A stretch of DNA of 64,000 bases. Origin: Eledone cirrhosa. Lineage: Eukaryota. Shown here piece by piece: positions 39,520-53,467 of the stretch. The stretch lies in contig OZ024756.1 of NCBI GenBank assembly GCA_964016885.1, positions 21,390,001 to 21,454,000 on the forward strand, given 5' to 3'. Both the position numbers and the translations under genes were made by a program. Within the stretch, counting starts at the first letter, position 1. Each line of letters begins with the position of its first letter. The notes beneath the pieces are model-generated. The model was not told the DNA's origin, ran no database searches, and saw nothing but the letters and a program-made list of their open reading frames with translations.

Positions 39520-40548
39520 TTTGCAGAGTTCGGATCAATGGCAGTCTGTCATCGGGGGTGAGTGTAGGCAGCGGCGTTCCCCAGGGCTCTGTGTTGGGCC
39601 CAATTCTCTTCCTTTTATACATCAACGACATGCCGGATGTGATTGGTGGAAACGTGCTTCTATTTGCAGATGATGTGAAAATGGTAGCCCGTAGGAGCGA
39701 GATCGACAATCTCAAGCCCAGCCTCCAGCGCGCCTGGAGTTGGTCCATAGACTGGGATTTATACCTCAATGTCGATAAGTGTTGCCATATGGCAGTGGGT
39801 ACACCTTATAATTCACCTCTTACCTTCAACGGTGGCACTGCTCCTTTGAAGGAGGTTGAGGAGACTAAAGATCTTGGTCTGTTGGTCGACTCGTCCTTCA
39901 AACCATCAAAACATTACATTCAAGCCGCAAACAAGGCAAGGAGCTCTCTTTACCTTATTCGACGCTACTTTGCCAAACTCGCTCCAGAAATTTTCAGGCC
40001 TCTCTATGTCGCCCTCGTGAGACCGCATCTAGAATATGGCATCCAAGAATCAAACCCATATCTCATCCGGGAGATCCATCACTTGGAGAGAGTTCAACGA
40101 CTAGCGACACGAATGGTACAGGGTCTTCATGAGCTGCCCTACGAAAGCCGGCTGCAGAAGCTGAACCTCTTCTCCTTGGAGCGTCGACGGCTAAGAGACG
40201 ATCTCATTTTGGCTTACAATCTCTTCAATGGCCATTACGATCTCCCCCAAGATCTCCTATTCACTCCGGCACTTGAAAGGGGTCTACTTGGACATGACAA
40301 AAATATGTTTCACCGCCGCCGCTTTCGCCTAAATAGACGGAAAGCTGCTTTCTCGATCCGCATCTCTGGACCCTGGAATCGGCTTCCAGAAGAAGTAGTC
40401 AACGCGCCAACCACGCAACAATTCAAGACGAAATTGGACCGGTGTTGGACCACTGTGTTTCCGACTGTGTAAATATTGCCCCCTCCCCTCCTTACATGGC
40501 ATCTGAAGCATCTATGTTTTATTTTCTGCCAAATATATTGAATTGAAT
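39520..40548 (+). mobile_element. 5'-truncated CR1-group LINE (RT C-terminal half; open frame to 40472)
   Basis: SGVPQGSVLGPILFLLYINDM, LLFADD, LVRPHLEY, LERVQRLAT, FSLERRRLR and WNRLP motifs; short 3' UTR with a (TTGAA) tail. Confidence 0.92.
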
Positions 40549-40852
40549 AGAGTACTTAGCGGGAATTTATTTCTGCCTTTGTATTTTTCTCTAAATCTAG
40601 TTTGTAAAGAATCGCCTTTCTTTAAATCCATCAACCAATTACCTTCACACATCCCTTTCACCACCCTCTGCTACCACCAGAAATGGATAAATACCACCAT
40701 ATTACATTCACAGTCGGCATCCTGACGATTTCTACCGAATGAAACAGTTTTAGTCATGTAGAAGCCATTTCTATATTAAATATTTATATTCTGCTATGTA
40801 TTGAGTACCTTACTTACTGTGGTTACTCCCGATTGAATCCGGGATACACACA

Positions 40853-40902
<50 letters not shown>

Positions 40903-40909
<7 letters not shown>

Positions 40910-41212
40910 AGCCCTCAACGTGTCTGTAATATTCCCGATTTTTCTAGTGGCCAATTCATGTGTGGGTCATTTTAACGGCCTTACTCATACTAGCTGGTAG
41001 TTGGCAATATATTTGCAGACTGTGCGACTTGATCCGATAGAGTGGAAATAGCTATCTGATGAATTTTACTTTTCCGTTAGAAATTCTCCGACTCTCTAAC
41101 CTTTAGTAAAGCGAAACCGCCGGTAATAGCATTATGAACGGGTAAATATTTAAATCATTTTTTAAATTTTTTAAAAAGAATTGTTTAATGTTTGTTTGTT
41201 CTGCTCTTCTTA

Positions 41213-41217
<5 letters not shown>
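40903..41217 (+). mobile_element. ~315-bp non-coding ribozyme-bearing element inserted in (TA)n
   Basis: Long (TA)n on both sides; contains the hammerhead at 41051-41130 and a 5' hairpin TAAAATGAGCCC/GGGTCATTTTA. Confidence 0.7.
41051..41130 (+). ncRNA. Type-I hammerhead ribozyme motif
   Basis: GCTAT-CTGATGA-ATTTTACT..GTTAG/CTAAC..AGTAAAGC-GAAA-CCGCCGG-TA-ATAGC; GUA cleavage triplet. Confidence 0.82.
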
Positions 41218-41276
<59 letters not shown>

Positions 41277-42029
41277 TTCTCTCTTTGCAGTGAACGACTA
41301 AAACCAAATATATATGGGAAGAAGAAAAATAACAGCAACAGTAATAATCCATTCTTTATTTGTCACAAAAAGATGAGATTTAAGAGAACTGTTTTTATTT
41401 TATTTTACATAGAATAGAGAATAACAACTGGTGTTTATATAGAATATAGTATAAAAACAAAAAGAGGTATGAAATACACTACTATACAAAAGGATTGAAA
41501 TACGAAGTCTGAATGGAAGAGTGAACTAAGGCCAAGCAAGGAACTCCATATCTCCCGGACAGATCTTACTGCTAATTGGAAATGATTCATTCAAGCAATA
41601 TTATCCGTCTCAAAGCGACATACTGAGAGTGGGTTTGTTTCCCTGAGCCAAACTCACCATTTCCACACTAAGCTTGTCATACAACAAAGAAAACATTCAC
41701 AGTAGCATACTTTACATTAGGAATGTTCTGTGTTTCCTTGGTGTAAGTGGAAATATTGAAATTAAATTCACTGAAACAGAATCTAAAGAATACTTATCTC
41801 CACAAGGTAAAAACAAAACAAAACAAAGAAAAAAACCTTACAATACTATCAATAAAAATAACGTGACATTTCAATTAATGTCCTGATATTGCAAAGACTC
41901 TGACATTCTCGGATTTTACTGATTTTTACACAATATGGCGTCTGTAAAGAATCCGTGTAGTTTCTGCGGCAAAAAGAAAGGAATATTACCTGCAAGTAAG
42001 TACATTTCTTGATTTGTTTCTTCTTTATT

Positions 42030-42362
42030 CCATGTAACTTCCAAAGGAGTCCGTAGGGGTGCTATATTGAAATACTGCATTTCTAGCGTATCTTTAAAAC
42101 TTGGTGGAGCCCACTTCCTCTCCATGTGTAAATACAGCAGATTTCTTCTCCCATAGGAGGATAAAGAGTGAAAGAATGGAAGTGAGAAAGAGATATAGAA
42201 GAAGAATCAACCCCAGTACTTGACTGGTACATTTTTACCAACCCCGAATGCATGAAAGGCAAAGTTGACCTCGGCAAAATTTGAACCCAGAAAGCAGAGG
42301 ATCGAAACGAATACCACAAAGCATTCTAATCGACGCTCTAACGACTCTGCTAATTTGTCGCC
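42030..42362 (-). mobile_element. SINE (family B)
   Basis: Homology to 2350-2655. Confidence 0.7.
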
Positions 42363-42614
42363 TTTTTTTGGTTTGTTTACGTTTTTATATTCATTGTTGT
42401 TGCCCGTTGCATTAACAGAGTCGGTGGAGCGTCAGAGAAATACTTGTATCTATGTAGCTATTTACGTTTTAGTTCAAATTTTGCCGAGATTAATTTCGCG
42501 TTTCATCCTTCCGAAGTTGATAAAATAAAGTACCAGTCAATTACTGGCGTTCATTTAATCGACTTTCCTCTCTTCCACATCAAAAGACTTCTTCTGCCTA
42601 TGTTAGTAACCATT

Positions 42615-43128
42615 GGATTAGCAGTATCGGTAGAAGGTCAGACGCCACGCATTGCAGTAGAGAGTTACGCACCTTTACGGTCTGAGTTCAAATCCCGCCG
42701 GGTTAACTTTATCTTTCATACTTACGGGGTCAATAAAATAAAGTACCAGTAATGAACTGGGATAATTGCTGGCCTTGTGCCAAAAGTAGAAACAATTATT
42801 ATGCTTTAGAAAACACATTTCTAATTTGAATGTTTCCAAATGTTTCTTAAGCCAAGCGATTTGTTTAGGCTTGTATCTTCAGGATTCAAATGCCACCGAG
42901 GTTAATTTTGCCTTTCATACTTACGGGGTCGATAAAAGACATTACCAGTAATGCACTGGGGTAATTGCTGGTCTTGTGCCAAAAATAGAAACAATTATAT
43001 AATCGTTTTGAGTTCTAATCCCGCCAAGGTTAGCTTTTGCCTTTCATCCTTACGGGGTCGATAAAATAAAGTACCAGTAATACACTGGAGTAGTTGCTGG
43101 CCTTGTGCCAAAAGTAGAAAAAATTATT
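42615..43128 (+). mobile_element. Three SINE family A copies, two of them 5'-truncated
   Basis: Repeated body and tail at 42615, 42883 and 43008. Confidence 0.8.
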
Positions 43129-43639
43129 TGTTGGTGTTCTAACTGAATCGTCAGAGCATAGATCAAGACGGTTGACGTCTTCTTGAGTTCTGGGTTCAAT
43201 TCTTGCTACCGTTGAGACTGGTATATCAAATACCAGAAATGAACTGAGGTGGATTGGACTTCCTAAAAGCTGATTTTATACCAACTGGCTGCAGTTCTGA
43301 TTTTAAATGCCATGATCCGTATTTTAAGTAGCAGTCAGTGTTGTGGTCGATAATTCTAGCATTTAGAAGACCCCCCCCCCCTACCACCACCACCACAAAG
43401 CAATCTTAGGGTACTTAAATTCTGAAACTAAACTACTACACCAACAAACAAGTGAGTTAATTGGTATAAATTTAATCGAAATGTATATATACGTCTATGT
43501 ATGATGTGTGAATGTATGATGTTTAAGTATGTACGATGTGTATGTGTGTATTTATGTCTGTTTGCGTGTGTGTCTATGTATGTATGTCTGTGCGTGTTTG
43601 TGAATGTATTTCTGTGTTTGTGAATGTGTGCGTGTTTGT

Positions 43640-45700
43640 GTGTGTGTGTGTATATATATATGTGCGTGTGTATACATATGTATATATATATGTATATGTG
43701 TGTATACATATGTATATATATATGTATATGTGTGTATACATATGTATATATGTGTGTATACGTATGTATATATGTGTGTATACGTATGTATATATGTGTA
43801 TACGTATGTATATATGTGTGTATACGTATGTATATATGTGTATACGTATGTATATATGTGTGTATACGTATGTATATATGTGTGTATACGTATGTATATA
43901 TGTGTGTATACGTATGTATATATGTGTATAGGTATGTATATATATGTGTATAGGTATGTATATATATGTGTATACGTATGTATATATATGTGTATACGTA
44001 TGTATATATGTGTGTATACGTATGTATATATGTGTGTATACATATGTATATATGTGTGTATACATATGTATATATGTGTGTATACATATGTATATATGTG
44101 TGTATACGTATGTATATATGTGTGTATACGTATGTATATATGTGTGTATACGTATGTATATATGTGTGTATACGTATGTATATATGTGTATACGTATGTA
44201 TAATGTGTGTATACATATGTATATATGTGTGTATACATATGTATATATGTGTGTATACATATGTATATATGTGTGTATACATATGTATATATGTGTGTAT
44301 ACATATGTATATATGTGTGTATACATATGTATATATGTGTGTATACATATGTATATATGTGTGTATACATATGTATATATGTGTGTATACATATGTATAT
44401 ATGTGTGTATACATATGTATATATGTGTGTATACATATGTATATATGTGTGTATACATATGTATATATGTGTGTATACATATGTATATATGTGTGTATAC
44501 ATATGTATATATGTGTGTATACATATGTATATGTGTGTGTATACATATGTATATGTGTGTGTATACATATGTATATATGTGTGTATACATATGTATATGT
44601 GTGTATACATATGTATATATGTGTATACATATGTATATATGTGTATACATATGTATATATGTGTATACATATGTATATATGTGTATACATATGTATATGT
44701 GTGTATACATATGTATATATGTGTATACATATGTATATGTGTGTATACATATGTATATGTGTGTATACATATGTGTGTATACATATGTGTGTATACATAT
44801 GTGTGTATACATATGTGTGTATACATATGTGTGTATACATATGTGTGTATACATATGTGTGTATACATATGTGTGTATACATATGTGTGTATACATGTGT
44901 GTATACATATGTGTGTATACATATGTGTGTATACATATGTATATGTGTGTATACATATGTATATGTGTGTATACATATGTATATGTGTGTATACATATGT
45001 ATATGTGTGTATACATATGTATATGTGTGTATACATATGTGTATATGTGTGTATACATATGTGTATATGTGTCTATACATATGTGTATATGTGTCTATAC
45101 ATATGTGTATATGTGTGTATACATATGTGTATATGTGTGTATACATATGTGTATATGTGTGTATACATATGTGTATATGTGTGTATATATGTGTATACAT
45201 GTGTATATATGTGTATACATGTGTATATATGTGTATACATGTGTATATATGTGTATACATGTGTATATATGTGTATACATGTGTATATATGTGTATACAT
45301 GTGTATATATGTGTATACATGTGTATATATGTGTATACATATGTATATATGTGTATACATATGTATATATGTGTATACATATGTATATGTGTATACATAT
45401 GTATGTGTGTATACATATGTATGTGTGTATACATATGTATGTGTGTATACATATGTATGTGTGTATACATATGTATGTGTATTTGTATACATGTGTGTGT
45501 ATACATGTGTGTATACATATGTATACGTGTGTGTGTGTGTGTGTGTGTGTGTATACATATGTATACACGTGTGTGTGTGTGTGTATACATATGCATATAT
45601 ATGTATGTGTGTATACATATGTATATACATATGTATGTATGTGTATACATATGTATATGTATGTGTGTATAAATATGTATCTGTGTGTATGTACATATGT
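43640..45700. repeat. ~2-kb TA/TG minisatellite (GTGTATACATATGTATATAT variants)
   Basis: Seen directly; source of the YTHI/CVYM ORFs. Confidence 0.95.
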
Positions 45701-46191
45701 ATATAGGAATATATAAACATAGAAATATACCCTCCTCTCTCTCTCCACCCAGACACATATCGACGTGTGTGTGTGCGTGCGCGCCTGTGTGCGTGCGTGT
45801 ACGTGCGAGATATGTGTGAGTGAGCGTTTGTGCAAGAAATAATGTAATGACGTCACAACATATGACGAATGTAGTGATAAAGTGATATTCTTCTTCGTAT
45901 ATTTATTCAAAATTTTCAACGTATCTCGGAACATCAATCTGATTCCTTAATGACAGTCAGAATATCGAGTTATAATGAGGCAGAGATGAAATATGTTTGA
46001 AGTTGGTTAACATCCTAACTAAATTAAAGACCAAACAAAATATGACTTTAATTCGCTAACCATTTTAACCAACCTCAATCACATTTCATATTTGCTTCCT
46101 TATAATTCGATATTCTGAACAGCATTAATAAAACTGAAGCTATATATCGATTATTGAATATTTATCTATTTATATAAATACACACACTGAC

Positions 46192-46233
<42 letters not shown>

Positions 46234-46959
46234 TTCAATATATGTCTCTATACACACACTCACACACACATATTCACACACACACACACACAAATAAATA
46301 TATACATACACATATATATATATATATTCACATATAATGTACATATATATATGTACACATATGTACATATATACACGCACAAATACACACATACACGCAC
46401 AAATACACACACACACACACACACACACACATTTAATATATATGTGTGTATATATATATATAACGAAGGAAATGTGGTAAGGAACCAGATGGACCATTAC
46501 GCACCAAAGTACTCAATGCTTAGTGTAGTAGAGTGCGTCCAGAATTAGCCGTCGAAACGGCTTGAGCTCAGCCGTCGGGGTCCTACTCGTTCCTATATAT
46601 ATATCTATCTGTGCATCACTTTCTCTCTCTCTCCGTATATATATATGAGCGCGAACAAACACATACATAATACAAATATATATATATGTATGTATATATA
46701 TATACATATGTATATGTATGTATATATATATGCGCGGAAACAAACACATACATAATCCATATTTCAGATTTGATTAACAAAATGAAATGTAGTTCGAACC
46801 TGAAATATGTTTTCAAACATATACTCATCAATGTGTTTAGTGTTTGTGTAAGGGTTTCGAACACATACACTCATCCATGTGTTTACTGTATGTGTAAGGT
46901 CTAAGATTATGTATAATAAACCTTATGTATTATATACCTTATTTTCTCATACCATGGGA

Positions 46960-47000
46960 ATATCTTGGTCAGCCTATGAACTTTTCAGTCGACCCTCGTA
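46960..47000 (-). mobile_element. Possible solitary mariner-type TIR
   Basis: TA-CGAGGGTCGACTGAAAAGTTC on the minus strand; no partner end seen. Confidence 0.35.
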
Positions 47001-47011
47001 TATGTATATAG

Positions 47012-47265
47012 AGGCTAAGGTCTGGTGTTGGACGTGCAAAAGTGACTCTTGCAAAATGAGGATATTTAAAGGATGTTGTGTGTGACTGCCGCATCGAACC
47101 ACAGACCTCGCAGCACCTCCTGATATGGGCCCTGCTGGAACACCCCTGCACAGCATTGGACTTGGCAGAGTTTAATGAGAAAGGACAGCAATGTGTTTAG
47201 CTGTGGATGAACCAGATCTAGCCAAGCTTTATAACTGATACTGTTGTGGACACGACAAGAAGAAT
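47012..47265 (+). mobile_element. Vingi/Ingi-like LINE 3' relic
   Basis: RLRSGVGRAKVTLAK*GYLKDVVCDCRIEPQTSQHLL...CTALDLA; tail GGACACGACAAGAAGAA. Confidence 0.7.
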
Positions 47266-47451
47266 AGAGACGCTATTAGAAACAAACCTTTGTATAACCC
47301 TTTAGCATTTAAACCGGCCATATCCTGCCAGAAATCTCTCACCTCTTTCTGTTCAAACCGTCTGTAACAGGCAGCTCATAATGATGTTAAGGTATTGTTC
47401 TCAAAATAAATATCAAAGCCTAATAGATTTGATATTATTTGAGATAATTAT

Positions 47452-48395
47452 GGTTTCTTATGTAGGCACAAGGCCAGCAATTTGGAGTAAGGGGGAAGTC
47501 GATTAAATCGACCACAGTGCGTGACTGGTACTTTATTTTATCGACCCCGTAAGGATGAAAGGCAACGTTAACCTCTGCGGGATTTGAACTCAGTTTTTGA
47601 GTCTCTTGTGACTGTGATAACTGCGTGGAAAACTGATTCTGCTCTTATCGAGTTGATCTCGACAGGATTTGAACACAAGACGTAACGAGCCAGGACAAAT
47701 ACTACAAATTATTTACCTAGAACTTCAGCACATCCTTTATACAAAATATTTATAATGATTTTAAATTGAGGCACAAGTCCAGGTCAAGCAGTTTTGAAGG
47801 GAGGGGAAGTCCATGAAATCGACACCAATACTTGACTTGTACTTTATTTTATCAACCCCCGAAATGATGAAAGGGAAAATTGAAATCTGTTCGATTTCAA
47901 GTCAGAATGTAAAAGGGTTTCAATTATCAGGCAAAGCATTTTGCCCGGCGCACTAACGATGATGCCAATCCACCAAATTATACAAAATATTATTTAAAAA
48001 TACGTGGATATGAACTAGAGAAACACAACAAGGATTCACTCTACACTAGTATTGTGGTATGGTATAGTCCCGTAACATCTGATGGAATTGTAGAGGCATC
48101 GTGTTGAAATAGGGCGTTTCTAGGGCATTTTAAGCCAGCGGAGCTCATCCCCTCTCCAGGCCGGAGTACAGCAGATTTTTTCCAACCAGAGAAGGATAGA
48201 AAGTGAAAGAAAGGAAGGGATAAAGAGATGTAGAGGAAGAATCTACCTCAGTACTAGACTGGTATTTATTTTTTAACGACTTTGAAAGGATGAAATGCAA
48301 AGTTGTCATCTGCGGGATTTGAGTGCAGAGAGTCCTAACGACTAGCACAAAGCATTCTATCCGACAGTCTAACAATTCGGACAATTCACCGCCTT
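47452..48395 (-). mobile_element. SINE copies and fragments (47452-47593, ~47760-47975, 48060-48395)
   Basis: Conserved central domain and B box. Confidence 0.7.
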
Positions 48396-48433
48396 CACTA
48401 CCCTAGTACATCAAAATTCAATTACACACATCT

Positions 48434-48487
<54 letters not shown>

Positions 48488-48959
48488 AGAGTATTGAAGT
48501 TTGCTTGAAGCATTGTGGAATAATAAGGTAAATTTCTTTAAGTCGTTTGGAAGCCTCGACAATGCAAATGGGTAAATCTCCGGGTAACAAGATCCGGTGG
48601 TGGAGAGAGAGATGTCAGTGGGTGTACGTTGAAATGCGTGGAGTGTATATATATATATATATTTTAAGGCGTGTGGCTGAGTGGTTAGAGAATTGAATTC
48701 ACAATCTTGAGGTTGTGAGTTCGATTCCTGGACCGAGCGATGCGTTATGTCCTTGAGCAAGACACTTTATTTCATGTTGCTCCTTCTACCTGGAGTGGCG
48801 ACCGATAGATAGTACTAGCAACTGGAAAGACCAACGGAAACATTGTTTCCTCGGTCCGATTTGACGAAAGTTGATCGAGAAAGATATATATATTTATATA
48901 GTTGCTGTAGGGTTGCATGTAAATGCAAAGAACAGCCGGGATGTTTGAACACACAAGAC

Positions 48960-49047
48960 ATATCTGAAGAACCTTCGAATGCAGAGTCGGGTTCGATCTG
49001 TAACAGATCCTGCCTCGAGCTGATCGATGGAGAAACTTATGTAATGT
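48960..49047 (+). ncRNA. Hammerhead-like motif ~50 nt upstream of (TA)n
   Basis: ATAT-CTGAAGA-ACCTTCGA..GATCTG/CAGATC..TCGATGGA-GAAA-CTTATG-TA-ATGT. Confidence 0.6.
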
Positions 49048-49092
49048 TAACAAATTGCGGTTTGATGCAGCACTGACTCCTCGTTCTTTATA

Positions 49093-49152
<60 letters not shown>

Positions 49153-49438
49153 TGTTTTATGATATATAGCTCTGATTGTTTAATTTATTAATTTTTAAAA
49201 ATATGTATGTGTGTATATATATATATGTGTGTAAACTTTTATATGTAATAATCTCCCACTAGGTTGAGATGCAAATTTGGCTGTATTGTGCTGTGCTTTC
49301 TAGCAAAAATGCCACCAGTCGTAAGCAACTACCACAACCCTTCCAACTTGACCGCGACTACGTCACGTTTTTTAGCCATTTTGAAATGAATTCTTGGCGC
49401 GATCGTTTTGGAAAATTTAATGTCTAGATATGAGCGAG

Positions 49439-49524
49439 CTTCCTGAAGAATCCGGCGCTCGAGTTTATATAATTATTACATAATTATTGGAAAACTCAAA
49501 ACACGGACGAAACCATGGTAGAGG
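49439..49524 (+). ncRNA. Hammerhead motif inside a (TA)n-flanked element at 49145-49795
   Basis: CTTC-CTGAAGA-ATCCG..GAGTTT/AAACTC..CGGAC-GAAA-CCATGG-TA-GAGG. Confidence 0.65.
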
Positions 49525-49793
49525 TATTTAAATGTATTCTATTTTCTCCTAGTTTATTTTAAACCTAATTCTGCTTAGTTGACTGTATCTAGGCGATTAC
49601 GCTGTCGAAATATTCGATAAATATTCCACTACGGCCGACGCGAAGCGCTAGTTTTGGTTATTTGTAGGAGATTCCTTCATAGAAGCCTCATTCGTATAGC
49701 CTGGTCTATTCGATTTTTTATATAGTTAATTATGCTAATTGGGAGAGGAAATAGTATATATTTCATCTTGTGATTCTATAGACATGTTTTATG

Positions 49794-49848
<55 letters not shown>

Positions 49849-49893
49849 GTGACGAAACATAAGTCAATTGCATGAACTCATAATTCTTTATTT

Positions 49894-49949
49894 ACTGCTA
49901 TATATATATCGATGATAGCCATTGAATGGCTATGACCTCATCAGGCAGT
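49894..49949 (-). ncRNA. Hammerhead-like motif (GAAA changed to GAUA)
   Basis: ACTGC-CTGATGA-GGTCATAGCCAT/ATGGCTATCATC-GATA-TATATA-TA-GCAGT. Confidence 0.6.
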
Positions 49950-50007
49950 TAGTCAATTCTTAGATATGCCAGCTCTGTGATTGCGGTGTTGATGGTATCA
50001 GAGCCCT

Positions 50008-50050
<43 letters not shown>

Positions 50051-50165
50051 TTAATGGTAGCTATGATGCTTCCATAGGCGGTATGCCAGTTGAGCACTCT
50101 ATGTTCTTACAGAGCAGAGTATGATATAATATAAAACGAAAAATCAGATGCATCACTGATTTTTC

Positions 50166-50212
<47 letters not shown>

Positions 50213-50544
50213 ATAAGTAATGTCTACTACCAAGTAATATTATAACATCCTACGTATCCCAGGACACTAACCCCCCCCCCCCCCCCCCCCACCACCAACA
50301 ACAACAGTAGAAATATGAAGACCAAAGCACTATTATATTCATTCATAATTATACTTGCTTGCTAATCTCGTGTATGAAAGATTTATAGTTGTAAGGCTAC
50401 CGAGAATAGACAATCGAAATCGTTTAATTACGTAGACAACTATAGGGAATACATATCAATTAATGAATTACACGCAGACATACGGTCGTACACACACACA
50501 CACTCACACACTCACATAATACGTATACACACACTCACATAATA

Positions 50545-50580
<36 letters not shown>

Positions 50581-50981
50581 TACGTACGCATGAAACTACT
50601 AAGACTTTCTGTTTTTGTATCTGTTTATCTTGTGTATATGTATGTGTGTATATATATATATATATATGTATCTATATATATGTATTTGTGTGTATACGTA
50701 TATATATGTGTATACGTATATATAGGTATGTATGTATGTACATAAACACACACACACACACATATATTATATATATATTTAATATGAGTGTTTCGAATAT
50801 TAATAATAATTTGAACGAGAATGAGGGGCTCATTCTACTGACACGGCTTTTAAAAGAGGCTGTTTGCATAATTGCAAACGAATCGATTATATATAATATA
50901 AAAAAGGGAGGAGTGCGGGGTAACGTTCGTTTTATAATTTCTTACCCCGTTAGTAAAATAAGTTGGATTACTTTGAATAAA

Positions 50982-51577
50982 TAATTGTTTCTACTTTAGG
51001 CACAAGGCCAGCAATTACCCAGTGTATTACTGGTACTTTAAATAATGAATGAATATTATCTAATTTATTGGCAGTATCGGTAGAAGATCGAACGCCATGC
51101 TTTGACGCAGAGAGTTACGGCCCTTGCCATCCTGAGTTCAAATCCCGCCGAGGTTAACTTTGCCTTTCATCCTTACGGGGTCGATAAAATAAAGTACCAG
51201 TAATGCACTGGGTAATTGCTGGCCTTGTGCCAAAAGCAGAAACAATTATGTAATTTATCTACTAAATTTCGTAGCTCTTGATTAAATAAATATTCTTATA
51301 TATAAAGTATTGCTTATTTTAAGATTCACTTGTTTAAAATTTTCAAATGTCAACACTCCCGGTTAGCGGCCGTTATATTATAACACTTAATGGCGGTTGA
51401 TTGGCAGTATCGGTAGAGGGTCGGACGCCATGCTTTCCAGCATAGTTACGTCCCTTTACGATCTGAGTTCAAATCCCGCCGAGGTTGACTTTGCCTTTCA
51501 TCCTTACGGGGTCGATAAAATAAAGTACCCGTAATGCACTGGGTGATTGCTGGCCTTGTGCCTAAAGTAGAAACAGT
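50982..51577 (+). mobile_element. SINE family A copies (51068-51250, 51392-51577) plus an inverted tail fragment at 50982-51040
   Basis: A and B boxes and body. Confidence 0.85.
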
Positions 51578-51969
51578 TATATTATAACACTTATTACATC
51601 GCTTATGTAAACGTTTATATATTTGCATCGTTATATAAGGTTTATATTTAGGTCAATATTTTGCTACGTTTTTGTTTTCATAACATTTTAGTTTATTCTG
51701 TATGCAGTTTATATACAATATCGTCTTTTTTAAAATGTATCATGGATTACATTACTGGTTACAGAAGACAGAGTAACACAGTCTTCGTTCAATTTCTGGG
51801 CATATTGTCAATTACGATTTTATTTGACGTATCATATCTACATGCACATATATTTGTTTATAATATCAATATACAAACTACAAATGGTAGATATTATTAA
51901 TATTCGAAAAACTCAGATTACATTTATTGTATTCAGCCATGTAGAGCGATAACTAGTTGTTATAAATAT

Positions 51970-52107
51970 ATATTTATGAAAATAACAGATTAAAGGTTAA
52001 GCAAATAATCGCTGTTTTCACTCTTAACGGGATCTTCTGAAACTAACCGTTAAGGGTGAAAGCAGCGATTCTTTGCTTAAACTTTAATCTGTTATTTTAA
52101 TAAATAT
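51970..52107. mobile_element. Short palindromic element with a tail to (TA)n near 52195
   Basis: Arms of ~60 bp; the right arm is identical over ~55 bp to 27172-27227. Confidence 0.65.
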
Positions 52108-52328
52108 TTGCTCTACGGTTCTTATATATTTGATATATATTTATCCTTATCCAACCAACCCTCTTTGGATTTTAGTCTTCAAATTTAATATTACTATATA
52201 TATATATATATATATATATGATAGATAGAGAGAAAAGTCTAGTTTATCCTTTGCAGCGGGAGTTCGCTACCCATGGCACAAAGTAGAGACAGTATTTAAT
52301 TTTATCTCATTATGATGTGTTTTCTAAA

Positions 52329-53350
52329 TAATTGTTTCTACTTTTGGCACAAGGCCAGCAATTTCAGTATATTACTGGTACTTTATTTTATCGACCCCGT
52401 AAGGATGAAAGGCAAAGTTAACCTCGGCGGGATTTGAACTCAGAATGGCAAGGGCCGTAACTCTATGCGTCAAAGCATGGCGTCCGACCCTCTACGATAC
52501 TGCCAATCCACCGCATTTTCTAAATAATGATTCAGGAAAAATCTGATAAAATATAACTGGAGACAGAAAAAAAACAAGATGACAAAGACATCAATGAGGA
52601 ATCGAACCTCGCATTCTCGTATATGTCGGACGAATGCATTAACCACTAAATTAAAGAGTCACTGACCAACAAGTAGACGACTTAAGAAGCCTAAATATTT
52701 ATGTTGATCGGCTATGATTATGCTGTGGGTTGGCGCTATCGGTAGAAGGTCGGACGCCATGCTTTGTAGCATAGAGGTGCGGCCCTTTCCGGTCTGAGTT
52801 CAAATCGCGCCGAGGTTAACATTGTCTTTCATCTTTACGGGGTCGTTAAAATATAGTACCAGTAATTCCCTGGGGTAATTGCTGGCCTTGTGCCAAACAA
52901 TAGAAACAACTATGCTTTGGGAAACATACTTTTCTAATTTGAATTTTCCAATGTTTCTTAAGTCAACACTTTGTTTTGGTTTCTAACTACAGGATTCAAA
53001 TTTTCTGAAAGCTTCTCTTTCACTTAGGGGTTAACCACACTTGCCCAGCATTTGTGGGATACAAAATTCTATTTATTACACGTGACACTTTCCATCTCCC
53101 TTTCTTCTGCAGGTGTACATTACCTTATTTTTTCAACTATTATTTATAATTGTTTCTACTTTTGGCTCAAGGCCAGCAATTACCCAGTACATTACTGGTA
53201 CTTTATTTTATCGACCCCGTAAAGATAGAAAGGCAAAGTTAACCTCGGCGGTATTTGAACTCAGACCATAAAGGGCCGTAACTCTTTGATAGAAAGCATG
53301 TTTCTACTATTGGCACAAGGCCAGTAATTACTCAGTATATTACTGGTACT
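52329..53350. mobile_element. SINE family A copies in alternating orientation (52329-52514 minus, 52728-52910 plus, 53147-53300 minus)
   Basis: A and B boxes and body. Confidence 0.8.
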
Positions 53351-53419
53351 TTATCTATTATTTATAATGATCGACTATTATTATTGTGGTAATTCTCTTT
53401 GCGAGGTGCACATTTCATA

Positions 53420-53467
<48 letters not shown>

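Noticed and set aside
39498-40472. Functional or domesticated reverse transcriptase gene
   Set aside because: It lacks the N-terminal RT motifs, the endonuclease and a proper start; it is an ordinary 5'-truncated CR1-like copy and is not evidently the enzyme for the hammerhead elements.
33270-45937. Very long YI/HT/CV-rich ORFs (up to 776 aa)
   Set aside because: Purine-pyrimidine alternating repeats lack stop codons in all frames.
52597-52652. tRNA gene on the minus strand (TAGTGG...GGTTCGATTCC)
   Set aside because: The acceptor stem and anticodon loop are not intact; more likely a SINE head relic.
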